NCBI GenBank assembly: GCA_965140785.1
Contig: OZ223489.1
Coordinates: forward strand, 32,001 to 96,000
From: an uncultured Ruficoccus sp.
GTDB lineage: Bacteria > Verrucomicrobiota > Verrucomicrobiia > Opitutales > Cerasicoccaceae
Direction: 5' to 3'
DNA length: 64,000 nt
In this document: positions 1 to 9,256 of the stretch, piece after piece
How the letters are laid out: each line of letters begins with the position of its first letter
How positions within the stretch are numbered: position 1 is the first letter of the stretch
Made by a program: the position numbers and the translations under genes
Notes under the pieces: model-generated
The model's input: the letters and a program-made list of their open reading frames with translations, nothing else
Told to the model about the DNA's origin: nothing
The model's database searches: none

Positions 1-2
1 TC

Positions 3-713
3 AGCGCCCGTTTCCGGCTGCCGCTGGTTCCTTTGCTGGCCATCCTGGCCGGGGGGACGGTTCCGGCGCTGCGGGCTCTGGGCACCCGCCGCTGGATATG
101 GGGCAGTCTGGGGCTGGCCGCCGGGGTATTCCTGGTCAGTCTCACCAACAGCCTCTCCGCGCCCAATACATCAACCACGAGCGAGGACTGTCTGCTCATC
201 GCGCAAGCCTCCAATGAACTGGCCCGCGACGGGGAAACGCTCATCTGGGCCCGCCGCAGTTACGACAGACGCCCCACCCCCGCCGCTGCCGAACTGATCA
301 CGCTGGCCCAGTTCAACCTCTGGCTCAGCGGAAGCCTCCCACCGCCGAGTGCGGAAGCACTGCGGGGTTATTTCCCGCTCGCCCAAGAAGCCGCCCGCGC
401 CTCCCGGCAGGCCCGCTGGGTCCTGGGGGTCATGCGTTACAAAAGCGGCCAGCACGCAGAGGCGATTGAAATCTGGCAGGACCTCCTGGAGCCGAGGGAT
501 TCCACCGCGGGCGACGCCCTGGCCATGCTCGTTCTGGAGCGGGAGCAGCCACCCAGAGAAAAATGGGAACGCCCGCTGGCTATCACCGCTCACTCACCGC
601 TGTTGAAAATCGTGCTCCAGCGTCAGCGTTGGGGTCCCTCGGTCCTGACTGAGGGGCAACGGGACGCACTGGACTTTCTAACCGCTCCGCTCCCGCCTGT
701 GAATAAGCCGTAA
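3..713 (+). CDS. 3' part of ArnT/GT-C-like membrane protein with C-terminal TPR-like segment (5' truncated)
   Basis: Frame open from window edge: SARFRLPLVPLL motif, TM helices, then TPR-like LGVMRYKSGQHAEAIEIW. Confidence 0.55.
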   Translation, partial: SARFRLPLVPLLAILAGGTVPALRALGTRRWIWGSLGLAAGVFLVSLTNSLSAPNTSTTSEDCLLIAQASNELARDGETLIWARRSYDRRPTPAAAELITLAQFNLWLSGSLPPPSAEALRGYFPLAQEAARASRQARWVLGVMRYKSGQHAEAIEIWQDLLEPRDSTAGDALAMLVLEREQPPREKWERPLAITAHSPLLKIVLQRQRWGPSVLTEGQRDALDFLTAPLPPVNKP

Positions 714-784
714 AGCGGCTCTCACGGGCAAGGCCGGACTTGCAATCACCCCGGCGGCGGCCAAGACTCGGGCTTTGACTGATC

Positions 785-1735
785 ATGCACGCTGCCGCTG
801 AGCCCACCCCACGCCTTTCCTTCGTCATCCCTGTTCTCAATGAAGGTGAGACGCTGAGCACCCTGAACGAAAAAATCGCCGCCGTCGTGCAGGCCCGCGA
901 GCTGGGTTCCTTTGAGGTCATCTTTGTCGATGACGGCAGCACGGACCCCTCCTGGCAACGGATCTGCGACTTGAGCACCGAACACGGGCACGTGCGCGGC
1001 CTGCGCTTCCGGCGCAACTTCGGCAAAGCCGCCGCGCTGGCGGCGGGATTCGCCGAGGCCCGCGGAGAAATCGTTTTCACCCTCGATGCGGACCTTCAGG
1101 ACGACCCCGAAGAGATCCCCCGCTTCCTGGAAAAAATGGACGAAGGCTACGACCTCGTCAGCGGCTGGAAAAAGGACCGTCAGGACCCGCTGGAAAAGCG
1201 ATTGCCCTCGAAGCTGTTTAACGCCGTTGCCTGCCGGGCGGGCCGGGTCCGGCTGCATGACATGAACTGCGGCTTCAAGGCGTACCGGCGCGAGGTGCTT
1301 CCGCACCTCAACCTGTACGGAGAACTGCACCGCTACGTGCCGGTGCTGGCCCACGCCGAGGGCTTCAGCGTGACGGAGATCCCGGTCGTGCACCACCCCC
1401 GCGAGCACGGCGTCTCCAAGTACGGCTGGAAGCGCTACATCAAGGGCATGCTCGATCTGCTCACGGTGCTGGCCACTACGCGCTACCTCGACCGCCCCGG
1501 GCACCTCTTCGGCGGACTGGGGCTGGTTTCCTCCGCGGTCGGCTTTCTCATTCTGTTCTACATTTCCTGCATGAAGCTCATCGCGGGCATGCCCATCGGT
1601 GGACGGCCACTGTTCTTTCTGGGCATCCTGCTCCTGCTCCTGGGCTCACAGCTCATCTCACTGGGCGTAATCGGCGAGTTGCTTATCCGCTTCCAACGCC
1701 ACGACAGCAGCGCAAAAATCATTGAGCGCGTCTAG
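785..1735 (+). CDS. GT2 polyprenyl-phosphate glycosyltransferase (ArnC/GtrB/DPM-like)
   Basis: VIPVLNE, VDDGSTD, RNFGK, LDADLQDDP motifs plus two C-terminal TM helices. Confidence 0.9.
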   Translation: MHAAAEPTPRLSFVIPVLNEGETLSTLNEKIAAVVQARELGSFEVIFVDDGSTDPSWQRICDLSTEHGHVRGLRFRRNFGKAAALAAGFAEARGEIVFTLDADLQDDPEEIPRFLEKMDEGYDLVSGWKKDRQDPLEKRLPSKLFNAVACRAGRVRLHDMNCGFKAYRREVLPHLNLYGELHRYVPVLAHAEGFSVTEIPVVHHPREHGVSKYGWKRYIKGMLDLLTVLATTRYLDRPGHLFGGLGLVSSAVGFLILFYISCMKLIAGMPIGGRPLFFLGILLLLLGSQLISLGVIGELLIRFQRHDSSAKIIERV

Positions 1736-2883
1736 AGCACTTTCGCTTTAACCTCGGCAACCAGACCCTCCAGCTTATTGGCGAGGGTTTCCCAGCCCTC
1801 GTCGGAGGGCAGGTTGGCCAGCGCCCGGGTCATCGGCGGAAGCAGGTTCTCCTCAAATACCCGCTTCATGGCTGCGGCCAGGGCATCGGGATCGTCAGGT
1901 TTGACCAGCAGCCCTTCTCTCCCGCCCTGCATAGAGCCGGAAAAAGCCGGCAAGTCACTAGCGATCACCGGCGATCCCATCCCCAGCGCCAATTGCAGCA
2001 CGCCACTGCCGGTAGCCGTCCGATAAGGCAAAACCACAATGTCACAGGCTTTAAAGTAGGGCTCGATTTCCTCCATTGGGATATAGCGATCCACAAATTC
2101 CACCTCGTGCTCAACATCCAAAGACTGAGCCAGTTCCCGATAGGCTGGATCATCTTTCCAAATTTCCCCGACCACCAGAGCACGCAAAGCGAAGTTCATT
2201 TGTTTCAACTGAGCAAGCGCGCGAATCAACACATCCACTCCTTTGTATGCGCGCACATAGCCGAAAAATAAAACCACCCGTTCCCGAGGCGACAGGCATA
2301 AATGCTCCCGCGCTTTCTGGCGATTCCACTGCCGGCGGTTATAAAAGGCGTAACTGGGGTGGGCGTGAATCGCATAGGGCTTGGGGTGGCGCAGGATCGC
2401 CTTGAGCTTGTCGGCTTCGGTGTCGCTCTGCACGAGGAAGGCATCGGCCCGGTTGAAAATAAAGCGGGCCCCCAGTCGGGTAAGCAGGCCGGCCTCGTGA
2501 TCCTGCACGTTATGGCACAGCAGTACACGCACGGGCCCGCCCCGCGAGGCCCACAGGAAGAGCGCGTAGAACGGTACCCAGAATACGACCCACCAGGGCA
2601 GGATGACGGCGTCGTAGCCACGTGCTCGCCGCCCGGCCCGCCACCAGCTGAGGGGGCTATAGGTATCCAGGCAATACTCGATGCCCTCCCGGGCCATGTT
2701 AACCTGACCGGGCTCCAACTGCGAGCGGCCCGGGTACAGCCATTTCCAAAATTGCCGCCGATAGCCGAAAAAGTCCACCGTTGCGCGTTTGCGCAGCGTA
2801 TCATACAGGAGGGTGGAATAAGCTGCGATCCCACCCCGGAAGGGATGAGACGGACCGATCAGTAGGAAACGCGTGTTGGGCAT
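1732..2883 (-). CDS. GT4 family glycosyltransferase
   Basis: RGGIA N-terminus, FFGYVRAYKGVD, LPYRTATGSG, PVIASD. Confidence 0.9.
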   Translation of the reverse strand: MPNTRFLLIGPSHPFRGGIAAYSTLLYDTLRKRATVDFFGYRRQFWKWLYPGRSQLEPGQVNMAREGIEYCLDTYSPLSWWRAGRRARGYDAVILPWWVVFWVPFYALFLWASRGGPVRVLLCHNVQDHEAGLLTRLGARFIFNRADAFLVQSDTEADKLKAILRHPKPYAIHAHPSYAFYNRRQWNRQKAREHLCLSPRERVVLFFGYVRAYKGVDVLIRALAQLKQMNFALRALVVGEIWKDDPAYRELAQSLDVEHEVEFVDRYIPMEEIEPYFKACDIVVLPYRTATGSGVLQLALGMGSPVIASDLPAFSGSMQGGREGLLVKPDDPDALAAAMKRVFEENLLPPMTRALANLPSDEGWETLANKLEGLVAEVKAKVL

Positions 2884-2936
2884 TGTGCTCGCCAAAGGCA
2901 AGGGTTATGAATTTGTCTTTTGTATTTACGAAGACA

Positions 2937-3959
2937 ATGAAGGCGGAGCAAACAAAAGCGGAACCGCATGCCAAAGGCGTCAAGACGCCACCGTGGCGCA
3001 GAGCCGCCTCGGCACTGCTGGCCGTGGTGCTACTGGCCGGAATCGGCCGCCTGCTTTATGTCAACCAAGACCAGTTCCGGTCCATTCATCAGATTTCAAT
3101 TCCTCTGACTATTGTTATCGCGCTGAGCTTCCTGGTGGATTACGGGCTGATCGGCACGATTCTCAACACGTGCGCGCGCGCTCTGGGGTACCCGCTGCGT
3201 GCCCGCGAATATCTCGGTTTGAGCTATATGGGCGGCCTCTACAGCCTCGCCCTGCCGATGCAGGGCGGCCTATTCTTCAAGTCGTATTATCTTAAAGTCC
3301 ACCAGGGCATGCCGCTCAAGCTGTTTACCCTGATCTCGTTGCTGCAGATGCTGTTCTTCATACTGGTTTCCGCTGTCATGGGCGCGACCTTGATCGTATT
3401 TTCAGGCTACCCCATCAAGGACGAGTTACTGGTGATCCTGCTTTGCTTTGTGGGCATCGCCGTTGTGTCGGCCTGCATGATTAGCGGGCATCTACTGATC
3501 AAGCTGCTGGGAAGTAAATATGAGTTTATGCGGCAGTTTTCAGCCAGTTGGAAGCAGCTTGTTCATTCTCATCGATTTTGGAGCCTGATTGGGCAGAGCC
3601 TGCTACGCGCGTGCCTGGGGCCAATTCGTATCTACCTGACTTTTCATGCCCTGGGCCTGCCAGTCTCCTTCTACGATGTCATGATCGCAGGCTTCAGCCT
3701 AATGGTCATCGGCTGCTTTAGCATCACACCTGGTAACCTCGGCGTCCGCGAACTGGTTCTGGGTTTTATCATGACCCTGCTGGGCTACTCCGCCGCCCAG
3801 GTGGTACTGGTCGGTGTGGTAGAACGGGCGATCCAAATTCTGGTCTTAATTCCCAGCGGTCTGGGCTCGACTCTGCTGCTTTTTGGCCGGCTGTGGATTA
3901 CACGCTCAAGTCAGATACCATCAGCCGAGCCCGATTATACCCCAAACAAAAATGAATGA
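2937..3959 (+). CDS. Lysylphosphatidylglycerol synthase TM-like / UPF0104 flippase-like protein
   Basis: Polytopic, ITPGNLGVRE motif; start chosen at ATG 2937. Confidence 0.8.
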   Translation: MKAEQTKAEPHAKGVKTPPWRRAASALLAVVLLAGIGRLLYVNQDQFRSIHQISIPLTIVIALSFLVDYGLIGTILNTCARALGYPLRAREYLGLSYMGGLYSLALPMQGGLFFKSYYLKVHQGMPLKLFTLISLLQMLFFILVSAVMGATLIVFSGYPIKDELLVILLCFVGIAVVSACMISGHLLIKLLGSKYEFMRQFSASWKQLVHSHRFWSLIGQSLLRACLGPIRIYLTFHALGLPVSFYDVMIAGFSLMVIGCFSITPGNLGVRELVLGFIMTLLGYSAAQVVLVGVVERAIQILVLIPSGLGSTLLLFGRLWITRSSQIPSAEPDYTPNKNE

Positions 3960-3981
3960 GCCAATAGGGGCCTCAGCTAAT

Positions 3982-5694
3982 TCACTGAACCGGAACAGTG
4001 GCGGGGGCAGACGCCTCGTCAGCCTCCGGCGCCGAGGGTTCTGGGCTTTCCGCCTGGATGGATAACCGCCCACGCACGTCCTTGACCACAGCCAAGGGAA
4101 CGCCATAGCGCTCGACCACGTGGATGATCTTCCCGTTCATCCGCTGATCGAAATTCAACCGTGTCAGGCTGATAAAGAAATCCGGGTCGTCTTTCCATCG
4201 AACCAGCCTGAAGCGCTCAGGCAGCGACATCATGGCTAACCACACGGGAGCCGTCGTCGCGACTCGGTATTCACGCTGTGGCTCCGTGTGCCGGTCCAAC
4301 CACAGATTGGCCTCGCGCAGTGAGGTGCCCCAGTATTCAGTTTCGTAGCGCCCGGCTTTGTCCACCACCCCGCCGCCGAGCTGATTGAAGTACATGTATT
4401 CGTAGGGATGCAGACGGTACAGCACTACCATTTGGATGGCCATCATGGCCGCCAGTGCCCCCACCGCCAGGGTCCGCCAGTGTGGTCGTTTCCGCTCCAG
4501 GTAATCCAGCAGGCAAACCCAGGCAAAGGCCGCCAGGCAGGCCAGCGGCGGCAGCACAAAAAGCAAGTGACGTATCCCGTCATAGAGGATCGAATCGCGG
4601 GCAATTACGTAAACGAACGGAAAACAGACCGCCACCGCTACGACCAGCCAGGGCATACCTTGCGGCGAAAAAACCGTCCGCAGCGAATGGCGGAGATTCC
4701 CTGCGAACAGAGCCCCGCCCGTCATGAGTACGAGAAACAGAAAATCCGGAACGGTGATGCCCATCCACGTCAGGGGGTAATACCAGGGCAAATCCGCGGC
4801 CCGGAACAACGTTCCCTGAAAAAGCACATAGCCGCCCCAGGGATACTCCGAGACAACGGCCACGGCTTCATAGATTTTGTACAGCGGGTTGCTATGGATG
4901 GACGGCCACCAGGGGATGAGCACCAACACGGAAACACCGAGCATGACCACTCCATGTATCGATATTCTGAATACGTTCGCCATCCACTCCCGGCTGATGC
5001 GGCGCGCTGCAAATAATTCCCTCAGCAGGACGAGCCCGGCATAGCCGGCAACATATCCGAAAACGACAAGTCCGCCGATACGCAGAGCCAGGGTCAGGCC
5101 AATTACGACCCCCAGGGCGAGCGTAGCGCCCAGGCGGGGCCGAGGCAACCAGCGCCCCCAGCGCAACAGAAAATACAATGACCAGGTCATGCCGGCGGCA
5201 AAGGGGATATCCTTGGGATTGAAAAACATGTGCCCGTAGAAACGCGGCGTCATGCACAGAAACAACACACACCAGAACGCCAGCCGATCTCCCCCCAGCA
5301 AGCGACCGATCGCCCAGACCCCCACGAGCGCAGCCAATCCGAAGGCCAGACTGAAGCCATGTCCCACCGCCAGCAGTCCGAAGGGGAGCACTTCGTTGGC
5401 AAGCGCTACCGAAAGGTCAAACAACCCCGGATAGCTGTCCTCAGCCGGAAGTACCGCCTGCGCATCTCCGCCGGAGAGCAGGACTTTGTAATAGAGAAGT
5501 TTTTCCTGCCCCCCCTGCCAGCGAAAATACTCGTCCCAGCTCATGCCGTAGTCCGGCAGCGAATGCAGCCCCCAAGCCGCCACCACCACGAATAACAAGA
5601 GCGAAGCCCAGCGGTAAAAACGGACGGAGGCTGTAAGAGGCGACCGCTGAGGACAGGCCTCGTACTCGCAAAAGGAATCTGAGACCCGAGGCAT
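3982..5694 (-). CDS. ArnT/PMT-like GT-C glycosyltransferase
   Basis: DYGMSWDE luminal motif, FNPKDIP, YDGIRH, many TM helices. Confidence 0.8.
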   Translation of the reverse strand: MPRVSDSFCEYEACPQRSPLTASVRFYRWASLLLFVVVAAWGLHSLPDYGMSWDEYFRWQGGQEKLLYYKVLLSGGDAQAVLPAEDSYPGLFDLSVALANEVLPFGLLAVGHGFSLAFGLAALVGVWAIGRLLGGDRLAFWCVLFLCMTPRFYGHMFFNPKDIPFAAGMTWSLYFLLRWGRWLPRPRLGATLALGVVIGLTLALRIGGLVVFGYVAGYAGLVLLRELFAARRISREWMANVFRISIHGVVMLGVSVLVLIPWWPSIHSNPLYKIYEAVAVVSEYPWGGYVLFQGTLFRAADLPWYYPLTWMGITVPDFLFLVLMTGGALFAGNLRHSLRTVFSPQGMPWLVVAVAVCFPFVYVIARDSILYDGIRHLLFVLPPLACLAAFAWVCLLDYLERKRPHWRTLAVGALAAMMAIQMVVLYRLHPYEYMYFNQLGGGVVDKAGRYETEYWGTSLREANLWLDRHTEPQREYRVATTAPVWLAMMSLPERFRLVRWKDDPDFFISLTRLNFDQRMNGKIIHVVERYGVPLAVVKDVRGRLSIQAESPEPSAPEADEASAPATVPVQ

Positions 5695-5696
5695 TT

Positions 5697-7508
5697 CTAT
5701 GGTACGTTCTTGCCCCATACCTTCAGGTATTCCCCGACGTTTTTGTATGTTTCGGGCTCAATCAATTCGACGTTCTTCACATCGGTGATCCGCTTAAAGC
5801 TCACTTTGCGCATGTGCGTGTAGGCCTTCTCCCACACAGTCTCCGTAACGAAATCCTCATCCAGGTCACCTAATGAACTCGGCTCAAAAGTCCGCTGAAC
5901 CGGATTATAAACAGACGGAGAGAAATAGTAGATGGAGGGGCTGTTTGGCTGGCTGAGATAGTATTTGAATGCTTCCTTGCGCAGATTGGCCAGGGGTGTC
6001 GAGAGAACATCCGTGCCAAATAAAGTAAAGAACATGACATCATCTGCAATGATCATCATGCGCTCTCCCTCGTGCTCCTTGAGAAACTGCTCTGCCAGTG
6101 CATACTCGTGCGTCGCCTGATAGGTGAGTCCATACCGACGCTGTGAAGTGACCGGGAAAACGTAACCGATAAAATAGACGGCCAGAAGGATCGCGGTAAT
6201 GCGGTGGAATCGAACGCTGTGACAGTAGCCGAAAAGCAGATATGAACCCGCAATAGCGAAAGGGATCCCCAACGGCAGGCTCAAACGCTGAATAATAGGG
6301 TTATCAAATTCCCATCCATAGCACAGCAACAGCAAAAACAAGAGGACAAACCCTGAGATGAAAATAATCCCGGCCTGCATCAGGGGTGACAACTGGCGGA
6401 AACTGCGCCAGCGACGCGCCCCTCTCACCAGAAACAGCAGGAGGGCCACCAACCCAATCGCGGCCAGCAGCCAGGAATTGGGCGTGCCACTGCCGAAATC
6501 GAAAAAGAAGTTAACGGCGCGACCGATATTGTCATAAGCGTATTTAAAGCCGAATGGCTCCAGATCCCGTCCATTTGTCCCCATTTGCCACATTTGCTCT
6601 GACACCCGAAACACCCGCTGTTGCCACAGATAGGGAATGAGGAACACCGGGCACAGAATCAACAGCCACGGAACGATCAGCTCACGCATGCGTATCCAGG
6701 ACCAGATCACGATAAGCCCGACCGGAAGCACAAACAAAACGGTTTCATACCGGCACTGTGCCATCAGCAAGGCACTGTAAATGAAAGCCCCCAGCCGATT
6801 GTCATCTGGAGCCTTCAGGTAATATCCACCGAGCAGGCACGTCAGCAGAATTAAAAACATGTTCAGCGGCTGTAAGCCACCCCCCGCACACATGTACCCC
6901 AGCAACGGGACGGAACAAAAGAGCGCTACCGCCCCCGCACCCGCCAGTACTCCCCCCAGCCGTTCACTGAGGACATAAAGCAAAAACAGGAGGCAGGGGG
7001 TCAGCAGGATATTCAGATACACGCCATTGCGAGGCCGGAAACCGGTCAGGTCGTGAACCACCGAAACCAGAAACGGCTGCACAATCGGACGCTTGTCGAT
7101 GAAGCCCCGCAGCCCCAAAGGCTCAGCGTTCATCGAAATGATTCGGGTCAGGGTATAGGGCTCCCGCTCCTTATGCATAGTCATAGCCGTCGAGGCCAGG
7201 ATATGCTCATCCATCACGGTTTTAAAATCCCATGTTTCAGCCCGCAGTAAGACGACCGATCCCAGCACGGCGGCCAGCAGGCCAATTCGACCACTGCGCG
7301 AGCATACGTAGGTCCAGATCTTCGGCCAGGATTGGCGATACCCACGCCAAAGCCAGTAGAAGAAGAGGGCAAAATTAAGCGCTAAGACCCAATAGCCCGT
7401 ATACCGAAAAAAAACCAGCACCCGCTGATCGCTGAAGGCAATGAAACCAGTATAAAACGAGGCAATACCTATCAGGACGAATAATAAAACTCGCTTCCGA
7501 TTCTGCAT
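5697..7508 (-). CDS. GT-C-like polytopic membrane glycosyltransferase
   Basis: MDE motif after first TMs, KRP, RYE, many TM helices; directly downstream of pilin. Confidence 0.6.
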   Translation of the reverse strand: MQNRKRVLLFVLIGIASFYTGFIAFSDQRVLVFFRYTGYWVLALNFALFFYWLWRGYRQSWPKIWTYVCSRSGRIGLLAAVLGSVVLLRAETWDFKTVMDEHILASTAMTMHKEREPYTLTRIISMNAEPLGLRGFIDKRPIVQPFLVSVVHDLTGFRPRNGVYLNILLTPCLLFLLYVLSERLGGVLAGAGAVALFCSVPLLGYMCAGGGLQPLNMFLILLTCLLGGYYLKAPDDNRLGAFIYSALLMAQCRYETVLFVLPVGLIVIWSWIRMRELIVPWLLILCPVFLIPYLWQQRVFRVSEQMWQMGTNGRDLEPFGFKYAYDNIGRAVNFFFDFGSGTPNSWLLAAIGLVALLLFLVRGARRWRSFRQLSPLMQAGIIFISGFVLLFLLLLCYGWEFDNPIIQRLSLPLGIPFAIAGSYLLFGYCHSVRFHRITAILLAVYFIGYVFPVTSQRRYGLTYQATHEYALAEQFLKEHEGERMMIIADDVMFFTLFGTDVLSTPLANLRKEAFKYYLSQPNSPSIYYFSPSVYNPVQRTFEPSSLGDLDEDFVTETVWEKAYTHMRKVSFKRITDVKNVELIEPETYKNVGEYLKVWGKNVP

Positions 7509-7515
7509 AGGAAAC

Positions 7516-7546
7516 AAAAAAGCCGCTCATATAAAAATGAGCGGCT
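7516..7546 (-). terminator. Intrinsic terminator after pilin gene
   Basis: AGCCGCTCAT/ATGAGCGGCT 10-bp stem followed by U tract on minus strand. Confidence 0.75.
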
Positions 7547-7567
7547 GAAAATTAAACCGTCAATGTT

Positions 7568-7924
7568 TTAGTAGGTGAAAACGACGGACTCGCCACTTTT
7601 CATCGTGACCTTGAGGGTGCCCCCGGTTTCCTTAACGACAAGGGTACCGTAATTTTCGCCAGCCACTGTCGCAATGGAGGGGAAGTACTCATTAGAAGTC
7701 GGTCCAGCCAACTTCGCATATGCAACTTGATCGACGCCTTCTTCGAGGATATAGCGTTGACCGGCGGAAGAGACCTGGCGCAGGTTGTTCACGATGGTCT
7801 TTTCACGTGATTCCTGACGGACCTTGTTGAAGGCGGGGATGGCCATGGCGGCGAGGAGGCCGATGATGACCACGACAATCATAATTTCAACGAGGGTAAA
7901 ACCCTTCTTGCTATTCTTGTTCAT
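7568..7924 (-). CDS. Type IV major pilin-like protein
   Basis: Class III signal KKG|FTLVEIMIVVVIIGLLAAMAIPAF; AGGAG SD; own terminator. Confidence 0.9.
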   Translation of the reverse strand: MNKNSKKGFTLVEIMIVVVIIGLLAAMAIPAFNKVRQESREKTIVNNLRQVSSAGQRYILEEGVDQVAYAKLAGPTSNEYFPSIATVAGENYGTLVVKETGGTLKVTMKSGESVVFTY

Positions 7925-8064
7925 GATATTCTCCTGTATTGATTATATTATAGGCGAAGGGGCATGGCCCCATCTGACCTAACAGTAGTTACTGATAACC
8001 CCTTATTACAAGCATAAAAGTATCCCCATGCGGATTAGCATGATTTTTACTTATAATGACTTAC

Positions 8065-9066
8065 CTAATGAATCAAACGGGCGAAGATGAGCTTTCCGCC
8101 CGCCGAGGGCATGACGCTGATGACCTCGACATGCACCTTCTGCCCGACGATTTCACCGGCGTCATTGACCACTACCATGGAACCGTCGCTGAGGTAACCG
8201 ACCGCTTGGTCCGCCTCTTTGCCCGGCTTGACCAGCTCGATCTCGAACTTCTCCCCGACTCCGACCTCGGTGCTCAATGAACGGGCTAATTCGTTAATAT
8301 TCAACCAACTGACCCCCTGAAACTCGGCCAGCTTGGCCAGGTTGTAATCAGTGGTGAGGAGCTTGGCTTTAAGGCTGCGGGCGACGAAGATCAGCTTCTC
8401 GTCCACTTTCTGGCGCGAGCCGACCTCGCTCTCATGGATGGAAACGGGCACATGGGTGAGCTTGCGCAGCTCACTGAGCACCTGGAGGCCCTTGCGGCCC
8501 TTGGCCTGGCGTTGCGTGTCTTTGGAATCGGCAATCCGCTGGAGCTCGTCCATGATAAAACGCGGGATGACCAGCTCGGCGGAGAGAAAGCCGCTCTTGC
8601 AGATGCCGACCACCCGTCCGTCAATGAGGGCGCTGGTATCCAGCACCACCACCGCCATATCGACTTTTTGGGGCACGAATTTGACATAGGGGATGACCAG
8701 ATTGAACTCGTCGCGCCCGCGCAGGGCGATAACGGCCCCCAAGTACATGCTCACCACGTAGAGACTCAGCCGGACCAGAAAAATCGTTTCCGGGTCGCCC
8801 TGCTCCAGCAGCGGCGAGGTGGAAATAAGCAGGGCGATAAGGGCCCCCATGCCCAGCCCGAAGGTCAATGCGGTCAGCCCGCGCAGGGAAAAGCCTTTCA
8901 GGAAAATATCGATCAGGATCGTCAAGGCCCCCAGCAGGGCCCCGAAGAACAAGTACCACCAGAGGTTACCGGCGTCCACATCCGCAGCCGCATAATGGAT
9001 CAGCCAGGCCCCGATCACGCACAGGACGAAGAAAAAGATCCGGAGAATAAAGATCGTTTTTTTCAT
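8065..9066 (-). CDS. Membrane PIN/TRAM domain protein (YacL-like)
   Basis: 4 TM helices, VLDTSALIDGR PIN motif, GYLSDGSMVVV TRAM. Confidence 0.9.
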   Translation of the reverse strand: MKKTIFILRIFFFVLCVIGAWLIHYAAADVDAGNLWWYLFFGALLGALTILIDIFLKGFSLRGLTALTFGLGMGALIALLISTSPLLEQGDPETIFLVRLSLYVVSMYLGAVIALRGRDEFNLVIPYVKFVPQKVDMAVVVLDTSALIDGRVVGICKSGFLSAELVIPRFIMDELQRIADSKDTQRQAKGRKGLQVLSELRKLTHVPVSIHESEVGSRQKVDEKLIFVARSLKAKLLTTDYNLAKLAEFQGVSWLNINELARSLSTEVGVGEKFEIELVKPGKEADQAVGYLSDGSMVVVNDAGEIVGQKVHVEVISVMPSAGGKLIFARLIH

Positions 9067-9115
9067 AACACTCGGCCCGGCAGGCGACATGCGCCCATCG
9101 TCCCGACTACAATGC

Positions 9116-9256
9116 TTACTTTCCCAGGATTAGCCAGACGATTAAGGGCGCGAAGATGAACAGGGCCATCACCCCGTAGAGGATCCACTGCGCGCGTTCG
9201 GCGCGTGCCTGTTCCTCAGGGCTGGGTGGCTGGGACGGTGGAGTCTGCATCGGCAT
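9116..9256 (-). CDS. Small single-TM protein
   Basis: 46 aa with Pro-rich N-terminus and hydrophobic helix WILYGVMALFIFAPLIVWLIL; overlaps upstream gene end. Confidence 0.45.
   Translation of the reverse strand: MPMQTPPSQPPSPEEQARAERAQWILYGVMALFIFAPLIVWLILGK

Noticed and set aside
8011..8027. Sigma-54 promoter for the pilin
   Set aside because: GG-N10-GC spacing is present but the flanking bases match the consensus poorly
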